Source of the DNA: an uncultured Bacteroidales bacterium
GTDB lineage: Bacteria > Bacteroidota > Bacteroidia > Bacteroidales > SZUA-534
Reading direction: 5' to 3'
Length of the DNA: 48,882 nucleotides
Assembly (NCBI GenBank): GCA_964419235.1
Contig: CAYQPP010000001.1
Coordinates: 1-48,882, forward strand
Below are positions 41,827 to 48,882 of this stretch, piece after piece. The position numbers and the translations under genes are program-made. How positions within the stretch are numbered: position 1 is the stretch's first letter; each line of letters opens with the position of its first letter. The notes under the pieces are model-generated. The model was not told the origin of the DNA, ran no database searches, and saw only the letters and a program-made list of their open reading frames with translations.

Positions 41827-43977
41827 TTAAATCTCAATATTTAGGCTCATCCCTTTATTAGGCAAGCTGTTAAATACATAGTGGGCATTAATTGATTTTA
41901 GTCTGCTGATTATATTTATTAATCCGTTTCCATTTTTTTTGTCAATTGATTCTTGTATGTCAAAACCAATACCATTATCAGAATAAATGACATTTATGTT
42001 TTTATTGTACAATATACTTATTTTTATAGTATCAGCAACAGCATGCTTTAAAGTATTGTTTATTAATTCTATTATTATCCTATATATAACAATCTCGCAC
42101 GATTTGTCTATTCTCTTTTTCTTATTTGGTTTTATAAATACGATATTAACATTTTGAGCATTGTTGATTTTATTGATAAATGATTCTATTGCTTTAATAT
42201 ACCCAAAATCAACCAATATGTTAGGCATTAAGCTATTCGATATAAGTTTGGTTATTGCTATGGACTCATCTATCATCTCATTTAAGTTTTCTGCTAATTT
42301 GAGCCGCATACTTTGATCAATATCTTTTTTTTCAAGTTGTGATATGTAGAGTTTTATTCCTGATAGGAATGGGCCTAAGTTGTCATGAAGATCTTCGGCA
42401 AAATGTTTTCTTTGTTTTTCTTCAGCATCAAGAATTGCTAAAAGAGTCTGTTTTTCATATGTTTTCCTATCTGTAATATCCTCTTTAATACCAATAAAAT
42501 TAACAATTTCTCTATTTTCGTTAAAAATAGGGGTTATAATGGTTGATTCCCAGTATATTTCGCCATTCTTTTTTCTATTTTGAATCTCGTGAGACCATTG
42601 TTTTCCGCTTTTTATGGTTTGCCACATATCTTTATATACTTTTTTTGGTAGCTTCCCCGATTTTAGTATTCTTGGTGTTTTCCCAATTATCTCTTTTTTT
42701 GAATATCCTGTAACTTCCGAAAACCTTTTATTTACGTATTCAACTATACCTTCGGTATCAGTTATCATTATAAGGTTGGCACTTTGTTCAACTGCAATAA
42801 AAAGCTTTTGTATCTCAATTTCCGCATCTTTTAGCTTACTTGTATCAGTAATTGATGCTAATAGCCTATGTGAGTTTTCAATTATAGAGAATTGTATGGC
42901 TGCTGTTTTTTTCTCTCCATTAAAATTGATGTATTCAGTATTCTGCCGAAAAGTATTCTTTTTTTCGGCAATAGCAACTAATGCTTTTTTATATGTTTCT
43001 AAAGTTTTTTCATTAAATGTTTTTTGTAAATTATCAAATAAATATTCACTATCGGGGGCTTTTAATAAAATAATTGCCGATTGGTTAATGTTAAGTATTT
43101 TTATTTGTGAGAAACATTTAAAAATAAAGTCAGGGTTTTCATTAAGGTATTCCATAAAGTTGGCAATACCCTCTTTTTTCTTTTTATTTAAGAGTTTTAT
43201 AACCTTTGCAATATCAACTTCTAATAATGGTATAGGGTTTCTGTAAAACAAGCTGCTGAATTTCTGTTCAGATTCCTTTAATTGTTTTGTTTGCTGATAT
43301 ACTTTTTGTTCTAATTCAATATTTACTTCTTCTAAAACGCTAACCACTTCCTTGTTAATGGTAATATCTCTAAATATATATATATATTCTAAATAACTAT
43401 TATTCTTGCTAATACTTGGAGATACCGTAGTTAATAATACTCTTTTTTGGTTATTAGGTTTTGTAATAGATATTTCATAGGTGCTTTTCTTTTTTGTTTT
43501 TTGTATGATTTCTATTTGTTTTTTTATTATTTGTGATTGTTCTCTATCAACAAAATCATTAATATTTTTTCCGATGAGGGTATTTGCAGATACTCCAAAT
43601 ATTTCTTCAGTAATTTTGTTTGCAAATATAAAAACACCTATTGTGTTCAACATACTAACGCCTTCGCCTTGTTCTTCTATTACATTGCGAAGTGTCTCTT
43701 TATTATTCTCAATTTTTTTTATTGAATTTATTATACTACTTGTAATAATAATTGATATAATGATACTTACTGCCAAAAGGGCAAAAAAAGATATTATTAT
43801 TAATATATTATTATTTGATGTTTTAGTTTGATCAAAGCTTGCAAAAAGCACTATAAATGATGTCAATAATACTATTATTGTGCTAAACCCTATAATCAAC
43901 CTTGTTTTAAAGCCTAAATGCAGTTCCATAACGTAATGTATATATTTAAAAATAATAAGGTAAATACAAATGCGCAA
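41827..43977 (-). CDS. Membrane sensor histidine kinase (2 TM with a very short loop, multiple PAS, HisKA_3, HATPase_c). The likely true start is the ATG at 43929 (MELHLG...); 43977 is a TTG.
   Basis: PAS-like blocks are present (TDTEGIVEYVNKRFSEVTGYSKKEIIGKTPRILKSG...). The HisKA_3 H-box is HFAEDLHDNLGPFLSGIKLY. The ATPase motifs are DNGIGFD and GNGLINIISRL. It is adjacent to a NarL-type partner. Confidence 0.9.
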   Translation of the reverse strand: MRICIYLIIFKYIHYVMELHLGFKTRLIIGFSTIIVLLTSFIVLFASFDQTKTSNNNILIIISFFALLAVSIIISIIITSSIINSIKKIENNKETLRNVIEEQGEGVSMLNTIGVFIFANKITEEIFGVSANTLIGKNINDFVDREQSQIIKKQIEIIQKTKKKSTYEISITKPNNQKRVLLTTVSPSISKNNSYLEYIYIFRDITINKEVVSVLEEVNIELEQKVYQQTKQLKESEQKFSSLFYRNPIPLLEVDIAKVIKLLNKKKKEGIANFMEYLNENPDFIFKCFSQIKILNINQSAIILLKAPDSEYLFDNLQKTFNEKTLETYKKALVAIAEKKNTFRQNTEYINFNGEKKTAAIQFSIIENSHRLLASITDTSKLKDAEIEIQKLFIAVEQSANLIMITDTEGIVEYVNKRFSEVTGYSKKEIIGKTPRILKSGKLPKKVYKDMWQTIKSGKQWSHEIQNRKKNGEIYWESTIITPIFNENREIVNFIGIKEDITDRKTYEKQTLLAILDAEEKQRKHFAEDLHDNLGPFLSGIKLYISQLEKKDIDQSMRLKLAENLNEMIDESIAITKLISNSLMPNILVDFGYIKAIESFINKINNAQNVNIVFIKPNKKKRIDKSCEIVIYRIIIELINNTLKHAVADTIKISILYNKNINVIYSDNGIGFDIQESIDKKNGNGLINIISRLKSINAHYVFNSLPNKGMSLNIEI

Positions 43978-44016
43978 AAAAACAATGAAGTTTTATACTG
44001 TTTGTAAACCGTATTT

Positions 44017-44688
44017 TTATTTCTTCTTCTTCTTCTTCGAGCTATGATACTTTTTAAGCAGTACCGCAACATTTGAGTACATCGAGGTATCTTGAACTAT
44101 AATATTATCAGGCAGTTTAAGTTTAACCGGCGTTAAATTCCATATGGCTTTTATACCGCTTTTTACCATAGCCATAGCAGTATTTTGTGCCATTTGTGGA
44201 GGCGTGGTTAAAATGCCAATATCAACACAAAGCCTATTGGCCAGCTCTCCAAGTTTTTCAATATGTAAAATGGTGGTGTTCCCGTATTTTGTGTTTATCT
44301 TTTTCGGGTCAATATCAAAAGCAGCAATAATATTTATGCCAAACCCTTGTAACTCATGATACGAAAGCAATGCCTGCCCAAGTTTTCCGGCTCCAACCAA
44401 AAAGGCTTCGTTGGTTTTATCAAACCCAAGGTACTCTTCAATGGTTTTTATTAAATCAATAATATTATATCCAACTCGCGGTTTGCCTTTTATTCCAGTA
44501 ACCGACAGGTCTTTAACAATTTGTGTCGAGTCGTATTCCAAAACCTTTGCCATTGCAGGTGCCGAAACATATTTAATACCATTATCGGTTAATTTTTGAA
44601 TATGGTGCAAATACGTAGGCAGCCTCTTTAACGTTGGTTCCGAGGCCATGTTTTGCTGCTCTTGTTTTGTCGTTCTCTTAACTGTCAT
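44017..44688 (-). CDS. rex: Redox-sensing transcriptional repressor Rex, with a C-terminal hexa-lysine tail
   Basis: It has a winged-helix N-terminus (TLKRLPTYLHHIQKL) and a Rossmann motif (LVGAGKLGQALL). It ends SSKKKKKK, encoded by (AAG)5-AAA. Confidence 0.85.
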   Translation of the reverse strand: MTVKRTTKQEQQNMASEPTLKRLPTYLHHIQKLTDNGIKYVSAPAMAKVLEYDSTQIVKDLSVTGIKGKPRVGYNIIDLIKTIEEYLGFDKTNEAFLVGAGKLGQALLSYHELQGFGINIIAAFDIDPKKINTKYGNTTILHIEKLGELANRLCVDIGILTTPPQMAQNTAMAMVKSGIKAIWNLTPVKLKLPDNIIVQDTSMYSNVAVLLKKYHSSKKKKKK

Positions 44689-44827
44689 TTATAATGTGCT
44701 TATTTCTATACAAATATAATATTTAAGTGTAAATAAAGAATTAAATCTTTATTTATTATTAACCTATTTAGCACCTAATATTAATTTATTAACTTAATTT
44801 TGCACATTATTTAATAAATGTATATTA

Positions 44828-45811
44828 ATGAAGACTATTGCCGTTGTATGTGGTGGATACTCAAAAGAGGAAGAGATATCGCTAAAAAGTGCCGAGCAGA
44901 TTGCACAAGTTATCGATACCGCAAAATTTGTGGTTTTTACCGTTTTAATAAACAAAAATCAATGGGTAGTTAAAACCGAGAATAGCGATTTGACAATTGA
45001 TAAAAACGACTTTAGTTTTATGCTAAACGGTGTTAAAACCAATTTTGACGCTGTTTTTATGGCAATACACGGCACCCCCGGCGAGGACGGAAAATTGCAA
45101 TCGTATTTTGAGATGTTGAAAATACCGGTAACAACAAGCAATTCGTTTGTGTCGGCGTTAACATTCAATAAATTTGCGGCAAAAGCTTATTTAAAAGAGT
45201 TTGGGGTACTCTCTGCCAAGGCAGTTTTATTACATAAAACTGATAAATTTTCTGAGAAAGATATAATTGAGCAACTTGGCCTGCCAATTTTTGTAAAGCC
45301 AAATAACGGGGGTTCGAGCTTTGGTGTTACCAAAGTAAAAAAAGCAGAACAGTTAGCAGATGCAATAAACAAAGCATTTTTGGAGGATGCCGAGGTAATT
45401 TTAGAGGAGTTTATTGAAGGGCGCGAATTTACCTGCGGAGTTTTTGTGTCCGAAAATGAAAATATTGTTTTGCCCGTAACCGAAATTATCAGCAAAACCG
45501 AGTTTTTTGATTACAACGCAAAATACAAAGGGCTCTCAAACGAGGTTACTCCGGCACAGCTTACAATTGACCAAACAGGCGAGTGCCAAGGCTTGTCGTT
45601 CGATATTTACAAGCTGTTAAATTGTAGCGGTGTTGTAAGGATAGATTACCTGTTTAACGATAATCAATTCTACTTTATGGAGGCCAATATAGTCCCAGGC
45701 ATGAGCGCAGAGTCAATAATACCACAGCAGGTTGAGGCATATGGCATGAGTATAACAGATTTTTATACCCTGTTGATTAACGATGCTTTAAATAGGGACA
45801 ATATTCGATAG
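44828..45811 (+). CDS. ddl: D-alanine--D-alanine ligase
   Basis: The N-terminus is IAVVCGGYSKEEEISLKSA. It also has HGTPGEDGKLQSYFEMLKIPVTTSN and ATP-grasp segments (IFVKPNNGGSSFGVTKV, GVVRIDY, EANIVPGMS). Confidence 0.9.
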   Translation: MKTIAVVCGGYSKEEEISLKSAEQIAQVIDTAKFVVFTVLINKNQWVVKTENSDLTIDKNDFSFMLNGVKTNFDAVFMAIHGTPGEDGKLQSYFEMLKIPVTTSNSFVSALTFNKFAAKAYLKEFGVLSAKAVLLHKTDKFSEKDIIEQLGLPIFVKPNNGGSSFGVTKVKKAEQLADAINKAFLEDAEVILEEFIEGREFTCGVFVSENENIVLPVTEIISKTEFFDYNAKYKGLSNEVTPAQLTIDQTGECQGLSFDIYKLLNCSGVVRIDYLFNDNQFYFMEANIVPGMSAESIIPQQVEAYGMSITDFYTLLINDALNRDNIR

Positions 45812-45839
45812 TATCAATAATATATTAGGCAAATACCCA

Positions 45840-46856
45840 ATGATAGAGAGAATTACAATAGAGCAGTATTTTAATAAATATACTAATATCCCAATTGTCG
45901 ATGTCCGCTCGCCCGGCGAGTTTATAAAAGGGCATATCCCCAAAGCCGTAAATATTGCGCTTTTTTCAAATAGCGAGCGTGCCGAGGTGGGAACCGTTTA
46001 CAAAAAAAAATCGAAGCAGGCGGCAATCGATTTAGGTTACACTTTTGTGAACCCTAAGCTCAACTATTTTATCGATGCATCAAAAAAACTTGCTACAAAT
46101 GGCATAATCGCTGTTCATTGCTGGCGTGGCGGAATGCGTAGTCAGGCTTTTGCCGAGCATTTAGATAACAATGGCTTTAAAAAGGTTTATATAATCGAAA
46201 AAGGCTACAAAGCTTTCCGCAACCATGTGCTCTTGTTTTTTGAACAGAAATTTAACCTGAAAATACTCGGGGGTTACACAGGCAGCGGTAAAACCGATAT
46301 TTTAAAGGTTTTAATTAAAAAGGGCGAGCAGGTAATCGATTTGGAAGGGCTGGCACACCATAAAGGCTCGGCATTTGGAGCAATTGGCGAAAAGGAGCAG
46401 CCCACAACCGAGCATTTCGAAAACAATCTGTTTTTTAATATGCACGGTTTAAACCTTAGTAAAGGTATATGGGTTGAAGACGAGAGCCTGAATATTGGCA
46501 AAGTGGTAATTCCAAAGCCACTATTTTTACAGATGCGCGAACAAATGGTTTATTTTATCGATATTCCTGTTAAAGAGCGGGCAAAATATTTAGTGCAAAC
46601 ATACGGTTTGTTCGATAAAGAAAAACTAAAAGAGAGCATTTTAAAGATAACCAAAAGGCTTGGGCACGATAAGGCAAAAATGGCGATTGATGCGCTCAAT
46701 AGTGGCGATTTAATGAAAGTTGCCGAAATTTCGTTAAAATATTACGATAAAGCATACTGGCGCGGACTTGAATCACGCGAGCAGTCGATGATAAAAAATA
46801 TACAATTAAAAACAGTTGACGCAGAAAATAACGCGTCGGCTCTATTATTGCATTAA
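45840..46856 (+). CDS. selU: tRNA 2-selenouridine synthase
   Basis: It has a rhodanese domain with active site CWRGGMRSQ. A P-loop (GGYTGSGKTDIL) follows, as in YbbB/MnmH. Confidence 0.85.
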   Translation: MIERITIEQYFNKYTNIPIVDVRSPGEFIKGHIPKAVNIALFSNSERAEVGTVYKKKSKQAAIDLGYTFVNPKLNYFIDASKKLATNGIIAVHCWRGGMRSQAFAEHLDNNGFKKVYIIEKGYKAFRNHVLLFFEQKFNLKILGGYTGSGKTDILKVLIKKGEQVIDLEGLAHHKGSAFGAIGEKEQPTTEHFENNLFFNMHGLNLSKGIWVEDESLNIGKVVIPKPLFLQMREQMVYFIDIPVKERAKYLVQTYGLFDKEKLKESILKITKRLGHDKAKMAIDALNSGDLMKVAEISLKYYDKAYWRGLESREQSMIKNIQLKTVDAENNASALLLH

Positions 46857-46876
46857 CATAAAACACAAAAACAGTT

Positions 46877-47914
46877 ATGCCAATTGATATAAAAATGACT
46901 AAATACAGTCATGGTGCAGGGTGCGGATGCAAAATTTCGCCTAAGGAGTTAACCACAATTTTAAAGACAGCAATTCCGCATGATAATATAAGCCAACTAA
47001 TTGTAGGCAACGATACCCGTGATGATGCCGCTGTTTACGATATTGGAAATGGCATGGGCATTATTAGCACAACCGACTTTTTTTTGCCAATTGTTGACGA
47101 CCCTTTTAAATTTGGGAAAATTGCCGCCGCCAATGCCATCAGCGATATTTATGCAATGGGGGGCAAGCCGCTTATGGCAATTGCTATTTTGGGTTGGCCA
47201 ATAAGCAAAATTTCTGCCGAGGTGGCCAACAAGGTTATTGAAGGAGGACGCAATATCTGCCGCGAGGCCGGAATACCTTTGGCAGGAGGGCACAGCATTG
47301 ACAATCCTGAGCCAATTTTTGGGTTGGCAGTTACCGGTATTGTTGAGCTAAAAAAGTTAAAACGTAACGATAAAGCCAAACCGGGTAGCCGCTTGTATTT
47401 AACCAAGCCGCTTGGGGTAGGCGTATTGGCAACGGCACAAAAAGATGAAAAATTAAAGCCCGAGCATGAAAATATTGCACCCGATTCAATGATGAAGCTA
47501 AACAGTATCGGGCAACAGCTTTCTGAAATGGCAGGAGTTACTGCAATAACCGATGTTACAGGCTTTGGGTTGTTGGGGCATCTGCTTGAAATTTGCGAAG
47601 GCAGCAATGTAAAAGCCGTAATTGAGTATAACAAAGTGCCGATTTTTGAACCTGTGTTAGATTATATTGCCGATGGCTGCATTCCCGGTGGAACAGGGCG
47701 CAACTGGGACAGTTATGGGCATAAGGTTGAACTGCCCGACGAGGCAATGCGGTTAATACTGGCCGATGCTCAAACCAGTGGAGGTTTGCTGATAGCCGTT
47801 ACCGAAGAAAATACCCAAGAGGTAGAGCAGTTACTTAGCAAAAACGGGCTTTTCAATGGCGAAATAGGCTATCTGTCAGATTACAAAGAAGGTAAGCGAA
47901 TTACAGTACTGTAA
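46877..47914 (+). CDS. selD: Selenide, water dikinase (Cys-type SelD)
   Basis: The N-terminal motif is [12 protein letters not shown]. It also has DDAAVY, GGHSIDN and an AIR-synthase-like C-terminus. There is no in-frame TGA. Confidence 0.9.
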   Translation: MPIDIKMTKYSHGAGCGCKISPKELTTILKTAIPHDNISQLIVGNDTRDDAAVYDIGNGMGIISTTDFFLPIVDDPFKFGKIAAANAISDIYAMGGKPLMAIAILGWPISKISAEVANKVIEGGRNICREAGIPLAGGHSIDNPEPIFGLAVTGIVELKKLKRNDKAKPGSRLYLTKPLGVGVLATAQKDEKLKPEHENIAPDSMMKLNSIGQQLSEMAGVTAITDVTGFGLLGHLLEICEGSNVKAVIEYNKVPIFEPVLDYIADGCIPGGTGRNWDSYGHKVELPDEAMRLILADAQTSGGLLIAVTEENTQEVEQLLSKNGLFNGEIGYLSDYKEGKRITVL

Positions 47915-47952
47915 AATAGTAAGCTGATATATTGAGATATAACTTATTATCT

Positions 47953-48001
47953 CCAATTTAACAATGTAGCAATTTAACAATTCAACAGTGTAGCAATTTA
48001 A
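47953..48001. repeat. Short nested direct repeats between the convergent selD and SDR genes
   Basis: TGTAGCAATTTAA occurs at 47965-47977 and 47989-48001 (24-nt period). CAATTTAACA occurs at 47954-47963 and 47970-47979. Confidence 0.6.
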
Positions 48002-48006
48002 TATTA

Positions 48007-48759
48007 CTACCTATTAATAACCGTTGCGCTTGCTTGTGCAGTAGGTAAAATAAGCACGTCACCAATATTTACGTGTGGCGGGCGGGTTGCCATAAACAAA
48101 ATAGTTTCGGCAATATCATTGGCTTGCAGAGGTGAAAAGCCTGCATAAACCTTTTTATTTGCGTCATTGTCTTTTAGGCGTACTACTGAAAATTCTGTTT
48201 CAACGGCACCGGGACATACCGAGCCAACTTTTATCCCGTAAGGATTAAGGTCAATTCGCATACCTTTGGTTATAGCCTCTACCGCATGTTTTGTACTGCA
48301 ATAAACCGTGCCGTTGGCGTATGCCTCTTTTCCGGCAATTGAACCAATATTAATAATTTGTCCTGCTTGGTTTTTAACCATTATTTGCGATACAATTTTT
48401 GTGATAAATAGCAGCCCTTTAATATTTGTATCTATCATCTGCATCCAATCGTTGGTGTCGCCTTTATGAATTGGGCTAAGACCTGCGGCAAGTCCGGCAT
48501 TATTTACCAATAAATCAATTTTTTGCCAATGCTCCGGCAAGCTGAAAAAGGCAGCTTCAGTATCTTTTTCGCTTCTTATATCAAAACATAGCGGATAGCA
48601 ATCAACACCAATTTTATCGATAATTTCGGCGGCTAAATCGCCTAACCTATCATCGCGTCTGCCTGTAATAATTACATTAAAATCATTTTTCGCCAATATT
48701 TTTGCGGCAGCCATTCCAATTCCCGATGTTGCTCCTGTAATTAATGCTATTTTTTTCAT
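48007..48759 (-). CDS. Short-chain dehydrogenase/reductase (SDR), YdfG-like
   Basis: It has the cofactor motif ITGATSGIGMAAAK, NNAG, and the catalytic YCSTKHA (YxxxK). Confidence 0.85.
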   Translation of the reverse strand: MKKIALITGATSGIGMAAAKILAKNDFNVIITGRRDDRLGDLAAEIIDKIGVDCYPLCFDIRSEKDTEAAFFSLPEHWQKIDLLVNNAGLAAGLSPIHKGDTNDWMQMIDTNIKGLLFITKIVSQIMVKNQAGQIINIGSIAGKEAYANGTVYCSTKHAVEAITKGMRIDLNPYGIKVGSVCPGAVETEFSVVRLKDNDANKKVYAGFSPLQANDIAETILFMATRPPHVNIGDVLILPTAQASATVINR

Positions 48760-48882
48760 CCGTATGCTTTTTTGTGGTTTGAGTTTATATTAGCCCACTA
48801 AATTACAACGTTTTTTATTAAATCAAAGCTTAGTCCATAAAGGCATGCTAAAGTATTGTTTTCTTCTGTAACACTGCCCTCA

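Noticed and set aside
42614-43246. A 210-aa plus-strand ORF antisense to the multi-PAS histidine kinase, long for such AT-rich DNA.
   Set aside because: The sense strand is rich in AAA/GAA/AAT/ATT codons, whose complements contain no stop codons. The product is F/S/I-rich with no recognisable motif, whereas the kinase on the other strand has all expected motifs.
44689-44827. Possible Rex operator in the rex-ddl divergent region. I saw the AT-rich palindrome TAAATAAAGA-N6-TCTTTATTTA (44730-44755) and distant ATAATGTGC / GCACATTAT arms (about 44692 and 44803).
   Set aside because: Neither resembles the Rex box TTGTGAA-N6-TTCACAA as I remember it. Pure A/T palindromes are expected by chance here, and the 9-bp arms are about 100 nt apart.
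46877-47914. Possible selenocysteine (in-frame TGA) in SelD or its neighbours.
   Set aside because: The SelD ORF is uninterrupted and has Cys at the active-site position. No TGA-split ORF pairs were seen.
1-48882. A search by eye for CRISPR arrays, IS/transposase genes, prophage genes, rRNA and large tandem repeats.
   Set aside because: None was found. The only repeats at DNA level are the two ~105-bp units, short spacer repeats and the diverged protein-level repeats of the giant gene.

Overview
This 48.9-kb AT-rich chromosomal segment looks like a Bacteroidota (FCB-group) genome. Two ORFs end in type-9-secretion (T9SS) C-terminal sorting domains. The best promoter match is the Bacteroidetes TTTG-N19-TAnnTTTG type. 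The rpsU / Xer-type recombinase / hpf and PASTA / rluD / ddl neighbourhoods fit that phylum. I can support about 31 protein genes, two tRNAs (Thr-UGU complete, Tyr-GUA cut by the window edge) and one small gene absent from the ORF track (rpmH, 33067-33231). Most of the window is housekeeping: translation factors, transporters, an Omp85-family protein, an SNF2 helicase, ddl, selD/selU and an SDR. Three things stand out. (1) A 14.6-kb gene (16918-31485) encodes a 4855-aa protein with a signal peptide and a T9SS CTD. It is built from about 25 or more beta-solenoid-like units arranged in six concatenated modules. It is followed by a cluster of GC-rich hairpins and a 5-TM protein with a possibly GldM-N-like periplasmic domain. 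(2) A clearly lower-GC six-gene signalling island (37142-43977) lies between rluD and rex/ddl. It contains a methyl-accepting chemotaxis protein with no CheA/CheW in the window. That MCP sits in an apparent operon with a CheY-like receiver, a Cys4 mini-protein and a soluble PAS histidine kinase. This is my top candidate for an undescribed system. (3) A roughly 105-bp dispersed repeat with 16-bp inverted arms occurs in two intergenic regions. I recognised no CRISPR array, transposase, prophage or known defence system apart from a small hicBA pair. All family calls come from reading motifs by eye; no searches or folding programs were run.
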